A DNA stretch of 64,000 nt, taken from contig NW_003314279.1 of NCBI RefSeq assembly GCF_000143415.4, forward strand, positions 854,091 to 918,090, read 5' to 3'. This stretch comes from Selaginella moellendorffii (lineage: Eukaryota > Plantae > Lycopodiophyta). A program made the position numbers and the translations under genes. How positions within the stretch are numbered: the first letter of the stretch is position 1; every line of letters starts with the position of its first letter. The notes under the pieces were generated by a model that worked only from the letters and a program-made list of their open reading frames with translations, ran no database searches and was not told the origin of the DNA. Positions 22,592-34,975 of this stretch are shown one piece after another.

Positions 22592-24260
22592 GCTCAATAA
22601 GAGGTAAAGTTTCTTGGGCATATGGTGGGCAAGGACGGGCTCAAGATGGACCCTGAGAACATCCAAACGATCCAGAAATGAGAGCAACCATCAAATGTAC
22701 ATGAGTTGAGGGTATTTCTGGAGCTATACAACTACTACCAAAAGTTTATCAAACACTATTCAAAAGTAACCCTACCCTTAATGGACCAAACAAATAAAAT
22801 GTCAAAGCCATGACTAAGGCTAGTGGGGGCTTGTTACAAAGCATCCCAATTTCAGATCATCCATGGAAATGTCTTACAATGGACTTCATCACAGGACTCC
22901 CCCCAAGTGAGGGTTTTGATGTGATACCTGTAGTGGTGGATTGATTTTCAAAAATGGCACATTTCATACCCACCACAACGGAAGTGGATGCGGAAGGTGT
23001 GGCAAAGCTGTTCTTTGAACAAATAGTTTAAGTGTAGGGAAGGCCAGAAGAGATTTGTAAGCTCCTAAATTTGGACTTCCCAGGAGGTCACCCAACCCAG
23101 TATTATTCAAACCCAAGGACGTTTAACCCCAAATATCCCAAAACCCTTAACCAATTGAAAAAGGGGGTGCACTCTTGTTCATGGGCCCTTTCCCTCTATA
23201 TTTGAACCCATAGATCGTCTCTCGAGTCATTCCCTTTGGTTACTTACAAGATTATCTCAAATCGAGATAAGATCTTCACCAGTAGTTTCTGGAGAACTCT
23301 CTTAGAAGAATATCACACCAAGTTAAAATTCAGCACAGCCTATCACCCACAGATAGCTATTGGGTATTAAGTCAAGTTTGATGGCAATAACACTTCTTGA
23401 CAGGTGGACAAACGAAAAGGGTGAATTAGGCAGTTGTAGGATTATTTGCAATGCTATGTCTTAGGAGACTAAATCGATTGGGTAAGTCATTTGGGACTTA
23501 CAGAAATATGCTATAACAACTCACCACATTTGAGTATTGAGGTGAGTCCATAGGAAGTCATCAATGGGCAAGCTATTGAAGGTTCTGTGGAACTTGGCAT
23601 GGCCGAGTATCATGGAAAGTTACCCGTGGTAGAGGTGTTCACAGCAGAAAGACTCAATATTTGGAATCTAGTGAGGGATTCTTTGGAATGGGCTCAATAA
23701 AAACAAACCAAGTATGTGAACCAAAAACATCGGGATGTAAAGTTCCAACCTGGGGAGAAGGTGTGGCTAAACACCAAGAACCTAAGGGTACCAAGTTGGA
23801 TCAGCCGAAAGTTGACCCAAAGGTAAAAATGCATGTATTCCCAGAATTGAACTAATCTTGAGTTCCTTAAACAGGTTCATGGGGCCTTACGAGATTGAGG
23901 CACAAATCGGTAAGTGGCTTACTGCCTCTAACTTCCTCGAGAGATGGGGAGGATGCACCCAATGTTCCATGTGAACTTACTCAAGTCGTACTTTGAGGAT
24001 CCGCTTCACAAGGACCAAGTAAAACCTTTACCTGAGGTTATCCAAGGGGAAGAAAAATACGAAGTTGAGGCCATCTTTAATGCGTGCAAGAGCAAATGAC
24101 AAGGATGCGACATGAGGGAGTTCTATATGAAGTGGAAAGGATTTCCACACTGCAAAGCAACATAGGAACCATAGGAGAACCTAGTGAACGCATGAGATCT
24201 AGTGAAGGAATTTCTGCAAGGCAGAACTCTATATACTTATGCAAAGTTCAATTAAAGTAT
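22592..24260 (+). pseudogene. Distal A1 pol (RT end, integrase, chromodomain), decayed; RNase H region deleted
   Basis: Colinear with A2 15912-16112 and 16947-18204; keeps both intron sequences (23357-23403, 23823-23874). Confidence 0.9.
23056..23248 (-). mobile_element. Cassandra-type solo LTR carrying a 5S rRNA-derived segment
   Basis: TGTAAG/CTTACA termini; TSD AGATT (23051-23055, 23249-23253). The reverse complement of 23073-23128 reads GGTTAAACGTCCTTGGGTTTGAATAATACTGGGTTGGGTGACCTCCTGGGAAGTCC, resembling the 3' half (A box to C box) of plant 5S rRNA. Confidence 0.88.
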
Positions 24261-24656
24261 CAATTTGTGAAGTTGAGCAATGGCATATGTTGGGACACGA
24301 AGGCACGTCAAAAGTAAGGTAATTAGCATAGATTAGCTAGGTCAACTAGGCATATGGAACCAAACCTGACTCCTCGTGAGGATGTCGAATCCATAAACGT
24401 ATTCTATGGAGGTTGGGTTCGAATCCCAACCCCCTAGTAAAGCAAAGCTGGGTTCAAGTCCCAACCCCATACTAGAGCATGGTGAGATGAGGGGTATAGG
24501 GACACTTATACTCCGTTGTCATGGGCTCTTGGCCAAGGACGCTAACTTAGGCACACCGCTAAGTGGGGGATGCCTTTGGAGATATGGTCAACAAGTCATA
24601 AGATTAAAAAGAGATGTTTGATGTGGGCATTGAACTTCTTCAATGGGTGGTGAAGT

Positions 24657-25280
24657 TGTAAGGAACAAACTCCCCAAGGTGTCGAAGGCTAAAGGATCCC
24701 CGAAGGCATAACTAAAATGATAAAAAGTTCATCAGATGAGACTAAATCTGAGATCGAGTCCGAGACCAACTTGAAGACCAAGTTTGAGACCAAATCCGAG
24801 ATCGAGTCCGAGACCAACTCTAAGACCAAGTTCGAAACCTAGTCTAAGACCAAATTCAAAACCAAGTTTGAGATCCAATATTGGGTCCAAGACCGAGTCT
24901 GAGATCAAGTTCGAGACCAAGTCCAAAGTCAAGTTCAAAATCAAGTCCGAGACCGAGTCCAAATACTAATATAGATCATGGGGTGAAAGCCCAAAGCGTC
25001 TGTCTCTCTCCCAAGAGGGGGGGTTGTAGGGGGTTCCAAAAGTATAGTAGGGATAGTGAGGTCTAGGAAACAATCTTGAAGGAACTTTCCAATGGTGTTT
25101 CCAAATTGACTTGAGGTTGAGACTGGGGCCAAGGGGCCTTGGGTGGGAGTGAGCATGGACTTGGGTGGGGCTGGAGCGGCCACCCAAGGAAGTGCTCAAG
25201 AGTAGCTCCCACTTCCAGAAGGGAAACTGACTGTAGTGCTCCCAGCTCTTGTGGAGTGGTGCCCCACTTGAGTACCTTGT
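24657..25280 (+). repeat. Family A 3' LTR of A1, truncated by a family C LTR
   Basis: Follows the PPT; homology to the A LTR stops at GAGTACCTTGT. Confidence 0.88.
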
Positions 25281-28200
25281 TGTCGCAAATGTGACTTTGG
25301 GTATCGAAAGATACTTGTCAGCCAGTCCTTACAGACACTCTTTCCTTATTGCCATGATGGCAGAAGGTTAGTATTACTGGTTTCCTTTATTAGCCCCTCT
25401 TGTCCAAGTGTTAGTAAACTAGACTTAGTATCTGTACTTGGCTAAATGAGCATAAGGAAGGAATTCCTAAGTGTCTATTTAGCCAAGCATACTTGGTCTG
25501 GCTTGTTAGTTCTCTTTTGCTCTGTCTTGCATTGACGTGGCAAAAACCCTCCCATATTGAGACTAGTCCCTCAATATCGCTAGATGATAGTTACTATATT
25601 TACCAAACACCCTCGTTATCATGCCCTTTGTGTTAGTCTCATTTCAGTCTCAAATACTATTTATGGAAAGTGTCTAAATTCACTCATTTAGCATATTTAC
25701 GGAATGTAGAGATCAGTTTGAACACAATAGTGTTCATCCCGTATCCAAATTCACAATCTAAAAACATTCCATATTTAGTAAGTTTCAACCTTGTCCTAGA
25801 GACTAACTCCTGAGGGAGGCTTGGGGTGAAAGGGGGCTATGGGGGTTTCCAAATGTATAATAGAGATAGTGGTTGGAATGCATATCCAACCACTAGAGAC
25901 ATTAGTTTGGCTCCCACTAGGCTGTGTCGCTCCTTGTTTTGTGTCCGGCTTGGGTCTAAGCCCAAGCTCCATCTGACACCATTTTGCGTGCAAGTGCTAG
26001 ATATGGGGAACTAATGCTCATGGGATTGTACTAGACCTTCGTTTCGTAATGGAATGGGCTTGGAGTTTGGCTCCAAATTCAGATGCGCTACATTTAGTAT
26101 CAAATAAATTGTCTCAGTGATTCTTATCCAACTTTTGTCGAATTTTCTAACTCAAGTTGTATACACAGAGACTTTTCTAGTAGATCTAAAGCGACCAGTG
26201 TAGGATTAGTTGGATTGCACCATTCGGTAAGAACGTTGTATGCATGTTCAATTACTAATAGAGGCATGCATACAACTAGTGGGATGGTGAAAAGGAACTG
26301 TGCTGATGAAACTAAAACCTCTAGACGGGCGAATCAAGAGGAGGAAACTCCTATTAGAGATGCTGCGGAAGAGGCTGAGGCTGAGTCAAAAGAGGAAGAG
26401 CTAGATGCTACAGCACTACAGCATATGGCTCAAGAAGTCCAAATCAAGAATTTGCGAAGAGAGATTCGCAAATTGAAAAAGGAAAACAAGAAGAGGAAGA
26501 AAGAAGTTGAGGCAGCTAAACTAATTAAACCTAAGCAACCGGACTCTTCTTCAAGTTCTAAAGATGATGAAGTTCTACAACCACCCCCAATTGCATAAGT
26601 TCAAAGTTTCAAGCTTCCGAAACCACCCAATTTCAGAGGCACCCAATCTTCCAAAACCTAATAGTCCTACGTCTATGATATAGAAAACTATTTCATAGCG
26701 GCAAATGTAGATGATCGTACGAAAGTTGTGTGCACGCAATCTTTTCTCACTGATCATGCCAAAACTTGGTGGCACCAAGTGTGTGCTAAAAAAGGGCAGA
26801 ATAGAAGCTGGACCAAGATGTAGTCTTCTATCCATAAGGAATACTTGCCGAATGATCTTGGTCTGAGACTTCACGTGGAGCTGTGGTGGTTAAAGCAGCA
26901 AGGGGACCTCATGCATTACGTTAATGTGTTTACTAAGAAGTGCATTACAATTGCAAATATGAGTGACTAAGATGCTCGAAATTATTTCCTGGAGGGTTTA
27001 AGTTCACTTTCTCGCAATGAGATTTTGAAGTTTAAGCCAAAGATGTACCTGGAGTGTAAGGAGGCAACGTAGTAAGTTGCCTTTAGTCACTCACTCATGG
27101 AACAATATCAGCAGCTGTATGCTGGTACCTCAGACATGAATAAAAATTCTGGGAATAAACAAAGTGATTGGAAACAGAGGGTGAAAGGCAAGTTCCACTC
27201 TGGAGGCTCACAAGCAATGGTTAACAAAGGTGGTGGTGGTTGGAGACCACTAGCAGCTTCTTCTGGTCCTAAGCCCTCTGTTCCTCCTCCTGGTGGGTAC
27301 AAGCAGTAGTAACCTGCAAAACTTGCTTCTAGCAGAACGGGTAGTGTGGGTCATTGCTTCCATTGTGAAGAGTCAGGACATAAGTCCTCAGAATGTCCCA
27401 ACAAGCATAAGACAAAGCCTATGTTAATGTTATGAGGGAAGATGGTGGTGGTGAAGCTGAATGGGTTGACAAGTTGATCAATACAAACTATGAGAAAGAG
27501 GAGGTGAGTTACTTTCATTGTTTTCCTCAAGTTTTTCTCGCAGTCAATGCAAACACTGATCTGTTAATGTATCTAGTAAGCTTTATTCATGGACACCAAA
27601 TCCGAGTGATGATTGACACGAGAGCTACACATAGCATGATATCTGAAGACTTAGTTAATTTGTTAAGATTTGATGCTGAGCAAATTATCACCTATGCACT
27701 TCTAGTTTGCGGAAGGTGGGCAAGTAGCCAAAAACTTTATGAGTGATGTTTCAATAAAAATATTCAAGTGGACTTGATAGTGTTGAAGATACCAAATTTT
27801 CAAATGGTGTTTGGTATAGATTTCTTCAATAAATATGTTAAAGGGATTTATGGTGCTAGACAAAGTCATATCACATTGAAGCCAAAAGGACGTCCTGATG
27901 TGTCCTTTCAGTTGCAAAAGCACTCCTCAAAGGATTGGGATGCTAAGCTCCTAACTACAAGAGCTGCTCAAAAAGCAACTAAGAAGGGATGTCTAACCTT
28001 TTGGGTTCAAGTGATGGAAGCTGAGGGTATTGGTGACTCAGTTCGAATTAGTGATGGAGTTGATCTTATACCAAAGAAAATATTGGAATTGTTAGCAAGG
28101 AATTAGGATATCTTCCCAAAAGATATGCCGCTAGAGCTACCTCCTAACCATGAGGTTGATTATCGGATTGAGGTTATTTTGGGTTCTAAACCACTTATGA

Positions 28201-31200
28201 AAGCTCTATATCAATTGAACATCAAGGAGATGGCTGAACTCAAGAAGCAACTCACAAAGCTTCTTGACAAAGGTTATATCTAACCAAGCAAGTTACCTTA
28301 TGGAGCATCAATCCTTTTTGTTATGAAAAAGGATGGAACCATGAGGATGTGTATTGACTATCGAGCACTTAACTAGATCATAGTAAAAACTGGTTATCCT
28401 TTGCCTCACATTGATGACTTGTTTGACCAACTCTTAAAGGCCAAGTATTTTACGTGACTTGATTTGTAGTCCAAGTATCATCAGATACAGGTAGCATATC
28501 AGGATGTGGAGAAGACAACCTTTAAGGCTCGGTATGGATCTTATGAGTTCCTTGTCATGCCGTTTGGGTTATACAATGCTCTAGCAATGTTCAGCACTAT
28601 GATGAATGGAATATTCAGAGATTATTTGGATGAATTTGTTGTCCTATATATCAACAATGTTCTAGTCTTTAGTGAAATGTTGGAGGATCATTTAAAACAC
28701 TTGGAACTGGTGTTTCAGAAGTTGCGTGAACACAAACTGTATGCTAAGGAAAGTAAATGCGCTTTTGGACAATTGCGCATAAACTTTCTTGGACATATAG
28801 TCGGTGGTGGCGTAATTGAGGTAGATCCAAAGAATGTGGAAGCGGTGAAGTCCTGGGAAGTCCCAACCATTGTATCAAATGTTCTTTCCTTTCTCGGTTT
28901 GGTGGGATACTATCCTAAGTTTGTCCACAATTTTGCAAAAATTGCTCTTCTGTTGACTGAGTTGACGAAGAGTAGTATTCCGTTTCATTGGACACCAGCT
29001 TGTTAGTGTGCTTTTGTACGGTTGAAAGAGATCTTGACTACAGTTCTTGTTCTCAAGATCCCAGATCTTGATAAATGGAACTGAGTTGTTATACTCAGTT
29101 CTGGGCAATATTGGCAATTAGTTTGGATTGGTTAGAGGATGTTCGGGCTTCATATGGAAGTATAGAGTTGTCAAAGCAGAACCCTGGTAGCGAAGCAGCA
29201 AAAGTTGCTAGTCAAACCAATGTGAAGCTTCACTACTCAGTTCGGGATGGACTTATATTCTATAAGCAAGAAAAGTTGTATCTTCCCTCTAAGGATCTAC
29301 AGTAGTTGTTTCTGTGGGAACATCATGATATTCCAACAACAAGACATGGTGGCAAGCGAAAGACTTTGGCTTCATTGAAAAAAGGATTTTTTTGGTTTGG
29401 TATGGAAGGTGATGTAGCGGACTATATCCGTTCCTACCTTATATGCTAGCATGTAAGTGTAGAACTTAGAAATAGGCTAGAAAGTTGTAGTGCATTTGAG
29501 CACCAGCATGGCCATTTCAAAGTGTGACATTTGATTTCGTCACTTGTTTGCCAAAGTCTGAAGGTTATGATACCTTGATGGTGGTTGTGGATTGATTGTC
29601 AAAGATTGCACACTTCATTCCAACTGTGGAAATAGTAAATGCGAAACAAGCAGCAAAGCTTTTTTTCCATGAAATCGTGTGGGTTTGTGGTCTTCTTGAA
29701 GAGATGATCTTGGATAAAGATTCGAGATTTACAAGGAAGTTTTGGGGCACACTATTCAAGTTGTTTGGTACCAAGTTGAAATTTAGTATGACTTATCATC
29801 CTCAAACTGATGGGCAAACTGAATGCGTGAATGCTCAAGTTGAGGATTATCTGCGGTACTATGTTGCTGCAGACCAACACAACTGGGTTGAGCATTTGGA
29901 TATAGCAAAAATTTGTTATAACAACACATTTCATAATGCTATTGGCTGTTCTCCATAGGAGATGCTGCAAGGGAATGTTCGTGGGGTCCCTCAATAGATT
30001 GTTGTACCAAAACCAATGTCCAAAGTGGTTAGTTCTGGCCATTGAGACTTATGTGGAGCAACTACGCCAAGGTTAGTCTAGAGATATTGAGGTGATGGGC
30101 AAAGCTCAGGATAGGTATCGACGTGATAAGGATTAACATCGTCAGCATCTATCCTATCAAGTGGGGAATCATGTATGCCTATCTTCACGAAACATGAATA
30201 TTAAAGGATCTTGATCTCGAAAGCTATTATTGAGATATGTTAGACCCTATCGGGTGTTGAGGTGCATTGGTAATGTATCTTATCAATTGGATCTTCTTGC
30301 AGAGATGTCCAATGTTCATAATGTATTTCATGCCAATCTCTTGGCTCCTTATACTATAGATGATGCACGTCAAGTGGAGATTCGTCCACCATTGGAAGTT
30401 GTGGAATTTGAACCTGAATATGAGGTGAAAGCTATTTTGGGTACTCACTAGCTTAAAAATGCCTAATGTCGAGAGTATTTAGTTAACTGGAAAGGTTACC
30501 CATCTTGTGAATCAACTTAGGAGCCTTTTAGGAATCTTACATATGCTCGTGAGCTTGTCATGGAGTATGAGAATCGTAATAAAAACTAGTTTTGTAACTC
30601 TTGTAATAAATCTTGCAAATCAATAAAGTAATCTATTTTTATAAATTAAACATTTCATTTCTCTCATTCGTTAGTACTTGGGTCAGTTTTGGCAAGTTGA
30701 TTTCGGCACTTCAGTGCATGGGTCCAATCCATAACCATGGGGATAACTATTAACACTTGCTTTGCTCGATGAAGATTTATTAGTGATAGGCTTACTTTAT
30801 TGAATGGTGTTGTGGAGGATTGTATCCTTAAACTTTTATCATTTTTCCATGTTAACATGTTAATTCTACCTATGTCAGTATCCTTTTGTTGCATTTAGTC
30901 TGCAGTGCTTGATTTTATTAAGTCTTAGACGTGGTGAATCACTCCTTGATGATATGTTATTTGTAATTGAGTATTATTGAAGAATTAATCTTAGATACTA
31001 ACTAAAGTATCTCAGATTTTGGTTAGCTTAGTTGCTAAAGAGGGGGCGGTTCGAAAGGTATAATAAGGATAGTGGGTAGGTTGGGCATGGTTAACTAACT
31101 TGAGGTAGAGTTTAGCTCACATTTACATGTTTATCTTTGTTTTACATTTGGTTTGGGTTTAAGCCCAAATTCCACACCATGCTAGCTCCATATCTTCACA

Positions 31201-31577
31201 TTAAGCTATTGGTATGCTAAAATAGCACCAAACTTCATTTAGCTTCGTTTTGTGTGCTAGTTTTGACATGAGGATGTTGGATGTTTTAGGACTATTCTAA
31301 GTTGTTCTATGCTCTTGTCCCTTCGCTCTTTGGGCTATACACTTGGAAGTTATTCCATGCTCTAGTACTTCACTCTGGGCTCTATGCTTAGAGTAGACTC
31401 CATTCTTCTTTAATGGCCTAAGGCCTACACTTCGGTTTTGCCTCTATTGTCCTTGGACATGTGGCATATGGCATATATAACATGTGACACATGGCACATA
31501 AAGGGTTTAGGTTGCATTTTGTGGTTATCTTATGGTACATCACCATAGGATAAAGGGTAAAAATCACATGTGCTATA
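25281..31577 (+). mobile_element. Decayed Ty3/gypsy chromovirus, family C
   Basis: LTR 25281-26092 (TGTCGC...GCGCTACA); degenerate PBS TTTAGTATCA; gag-pol remnants; PPT AAAGAGGGGGCGG near 31037; partial LTR ~31050-31577. Confidence 0.85.
26284..30589 (+). pseudogene. Family C gag-pol-chromodomain pseudogene
   Basis: Zinc knuckle CFHCEESGHKSSECP; IDTRATH protease; MPFGL RT; uninterrupted YHPQTDGQTE integrase; EYEVKAIL chromodomain. Many stops; RNase H largely deleted. Confidence 0.9.
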
Positions 31578-33402
31578 GTTTTCCAAAGTTTCTACTAGTT
31601 TATGCAATTAAATCACTTATTCCCCATCCTTGTATAAACCCCTTGCCCCACAAGGGCAAAGAGGGGGGGCATTTGTGAAGACCATTAGAACATTTTCTCA
31701 TGTTTGAGCAAATGTTGGGAGAGTGTCCTTCATTCCCCCAACACCTACTAGTGGCAGTACAATGGCTCTAAGTTTATAAGTGAGCATCCTATAGCTGGCT
31801 AGTGGCAATGCAATAGCTTTGCAATAATGATCTTGAATCTAAGAGTGGTTTTGAGGAGATATATCTTCAAAGTATTCTTTTTAAAGGATTGAGAGAGTTT
31901 GAGGGAAAATTCTAAAACATGAGAGAGTGGTTCACAACTTGCTTGTAATAACATAATGGTTCTAAGTTGATGTGATAAAAAAAAGAGTGTTCTTAGTCTC
32001 TTTTTTAAAAAGGTGTATTAGGTAACTATGCCTTGTCTGGCACTTTAGAGCCCCCACCCTATTAGTTTTAGAGTGGCTTGTGGCTAGCTAGTGAAAACAC
32101 AGCAGCCACAAGTCATCCCATCCCCTCTAAACACACTTCATCATTCTCTCTTGTACTCCTGTGCAATGCAATAAGGCATTGGGCCTTCTAGCTCAACCAA
32201 TTTGTCCTTTGGGCCAATAGGTGAGTTGAGTAGCTTTGGTTTTGCTTAACCCCCTTCTTCTGTGTTTCTTGAAGGATTTACCCAAGTGGGCTATGTGGTA
32301 GATTTGGGATATTCCATGGATGACAATTTGGCATACCTAGTTGATACAACCATATGCAAGAGATTCTAAGATCTCGAGAATAGAGCTGGAGAATAAAGTG
32401 GGAAGCAACAAAACAAAGGTTAAACTAGGCCTCACCTATCAAGATATTTGAGTTTAATAGCATTTCTTGGAGTGTGCTTTAGAGTAGAGAGTGTTTTATT
32501 ACTTACAACCATCTTGGGTCTAGCTTAGATTGGAGTATGCTTACATATGTTCTGTGGATCTAGGTTCTTTTATTTGAACAAACAAAGATGTTTCTATCAA
32601 TGTCCCAAAGTAAGTAAGTATGTTTGGAGATTTTGTGTTGGCATATGCAATGTGTTGCAAAGTCATGATTTTTTCATGTTACAAGGCTGCCACTAGCAAG
32701 TAAAGAGTAACTAGGCTAGATGCACATGCCTGTTTGGTTTTGAAGCTGCTATTAGCAAGTAGAAAGTAACTGGGCTGTGTTGGCAGAAGATCAAATAAGC
32801 ATCACTAGGCTGAAGTGACATATCTTTGAGTGACAAGTTTGTTTATTATGACTTCTAGGGTGGTACAATCACTTGGTGTGCTAGGGACATACTAATGTTG
32901 GTGCTGGGCTGCTTCTTTCTGGTTGTCTTTGGAGTGCTTTGAGATGTTAGCTTCTCATGGAAATAGGGAAAAATAGTCTCCTTGGTCTTTGTCTAGTTGG
33001 AGATGGCTGCAGTCTCTTATAAGAACTTGTGAACCTAACTTGGGCTATATCACAACACTTTTTATCCTCAATGTCTTAGAGAAAAGCAATCCCATTGCAG
33101 AACTTCAACTCTGAAGTGTAGTCACCAAGAACTTCTTGTTGATGTTTTCAATTTTTAATGAGCTTGGTTTAGATTTCCCGTGTGCCATAGTCGAGAATCT
33201 CTCACTAGTGACCGGAGATCTTGATCAGAAAGCCCATGAACTGGGAGAACTCATAGAGACGTGCCAAGCATCCGTTTCAGGAGGGATTAGATGGAAATCT
33301 CTTGGTGCTCTCCAGCTTGGAGGACGACTTTGGCGTGAATCTTAGCGCTGATCACTGGGGAGGATTGGGCAGATCAAAATCGCCAAGCCTGCTTAAGAAA
33401 AA

Positions 33403-34947
33403 TTACCGTGAAGAATCTAATAGAATGTAGCTCCCGACCGCGCCGGGATCCAGCTCAAACACGCGCTCGGCCGCACGATTGGCTCGATCGAAATCACCAT
33501 GAACTCTACACGCCGCGAGCAGCGTGTTCCAGGTCAGGAAATCTGGCTCGAACGGCATCACATTGATCACCTCCTCGGCCTCGCGGACCCTCCCAGTCCG
33601 GCCCAGGAGGTCGATCGCGCACACGTAATGCACGATCGCAGGGGCTAATGAGTAGTCCTGCTCGATCCCGGCGAGGCACTGCCACCCGTCCTCGATCATC
33701 CCGGCGTGGTTGCAAGCGTAGAGCATCCCAACGATGCTCACTCCATCCGGCGCCACGCCCTCGAGCACCATCGCGCGAAAGATCTCCACCGCCTTCCTGC
33801 CAAATCCATTGTGCGCGTAGGCCGTCGCCATGGCCGTCCAGGAGACGATCGTCCTCGACCAGGAGCTCATCCCCTCGAAAATCTCGCGCGCGCTCTCGAT
33901 CTCTCCACACCGCCCATAGAGATTCACCACCGCGTTCTTGACGATCACGTTGCTCCACACAGCGGGGCGGAGGAGGAGATCGCCGTGGAGCGCTCGGCCC
34001 TGGGCGATGGCGGTGGTGGCAGCGCACGCGTCCAGGAAGCTCACGAATGTCATCTCGTTGGCCTCCACGCCCTCGAGATCCATCGCCGTGAACGCAGCCA
34101 TCGCCTTCTTGCTCTCTCCGTTCTGGCAATGCCCGGTAACCATTGTCGTCCATGCCACCACGTCGCGCTCGGGCATCCTGTCAAACAGCTCCTTTGCTTT
34201 AAGCATTTGCCCATTCTGGGCATTTGCTGCGATCATCACGTTCCAAGACACCAAGTTCCTTTCCGGCATTCTCTCAAACAGATCACTCGCCTGATCAAGC
34301 AAGCCATTCTGTGCGTAGCACGAGACAATTGACGTCCACACGACCGTATTTTTCGATTCTATCCTTTCGAAGAGATCTCTACTGCTGGAAACATCGCCAG
34401 TGCGGGTAAATGCTGCGATCATCACGACCCAAGACGTCGCGCTTGTGGATCCGAGCTCCTCCATCCGCGCAAATAACTCCCTGGCCTCGCCGAGCCTCGA
34501 TGGATTCTCTGCCAAGGCTGCCAGCATCGTGTTCCACGAGACCACATCCTTCTCGGGCATCGCCGCGAAGAGTGCCCTGGCCGAGTCCAAGTGCCCGTTT
34601 TGCGAGAGCGCGGCGAGCGTGATGTTCCAGGAGAAGACATTCGGCCTGTCCAAGGCGCGGAACACCGCCAGAGCTTGATCGATCTCTCCACACCTGCCAA
34701 ACATCTCGATCGCGAGATTGCTGAGGTAGAGGCTCCGGCGGAGGTGCTCGCTGGCGAGAATCCGGGCGTGGGCTCTCCGCCCACGCGCCAAATCCCTCGA
34801 ATTCCCGCATTTTCTGAGGAGAGCCGCGAAGAACTCCCGATTCTCCTCGCCCCGCGGCCTTGTACCGACGCTGTTCTTCCAGGAAAACTCGCGATCCGCG
34901 GGTTTTTGGGCGAAACGAGCAGCAGGATCCGACTGCCATGTCAACAT
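33403..34947 (-). CDS. PLS-class pentatricopeptide repeat protein with E domain (organellar RNA-editing factor type)
   Basis: 514-aa intronless ORF with repeats such as FERMPERNLVSWN and DVVAWTTM, plus HYVCAIDLLGRTG and MPFEPDFLTWNTLLAACRVHGD (E domain). No DYW domain seen. Confidence 0.93.
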   Translation of the reverse strand: MLTWQSDPAARFAQKPADREFSWKNSVGTRPRGEENREFFAALLRKCGNSRDLARGRRAHARILASEHLRRSLYLSNLAIEMFGRCGEIDQALAVFRALDRPNVFSWNITLAALSQNGHLDSARALFAAMPEKDVVSWNTMLAALAENPSRLGEARELFARMEELGSTSATSWVVMIAAFTRTGDVSSSRDLFERIESKNTVVWTSIVSCYAQNGLLDQASDLFERMPERNLVSWNVMIAANAQNGQMLKAKELFDRMPERDVVAWTTMVTGHCQNGESKKAMAAFTAMDLEGVEANEMTFVSFLDACAATTAIAQGRALHGDLLLRPAVWSNVIVKNAVVNLYGRCGEIESAREIFEGMSSWSRTIVSWTAMATAYAHNGFGRKAVEIFRAMVLEGVAPDGVSIVGMLYACNHAGMIEDGWQCLAGIEQDYSLAPAIVHYVCAIDLLGRTGRVREAEEVINVMPFEPDFLTWNTLLAACRVHGDFDRANRAAERVFELDPGAVGSYILLDSSR

Positions 34948-34975
34948 TTCTTACAAGAACTCGAGGCTCACAGCT

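Larger units (their letters stand above)
4565..25280 (+). mobile_element. Ty3/gypsy chromovirus, family A, copy A1 (decayed; hosts nested TRIM, element B and Cassandra LTR)
   Basis: 5' LTR 4565-5695 (TGTAAG...CTTACA); PBS TGGTATTGGAGC 5699-5710; gag-PR-RT to the YIDD codons at 8782; pol resumes at 22592; PPT; 3' LTR from 24657, truncated at 25280. Confidence 0.88.

Noticed and set aside
23073-23128. 5S rRNA gene
   Set aside because: Only the internal half is present, it is diverged, and it sits inside an LTR with a TSD.
31600-33100. Possible decayed transposon coding sequence (also 3250-4300, 49200-50950, 59250-60100)
   Set aside because: No motif could be recognised by eye; needs a translated search against TE protein libraries.
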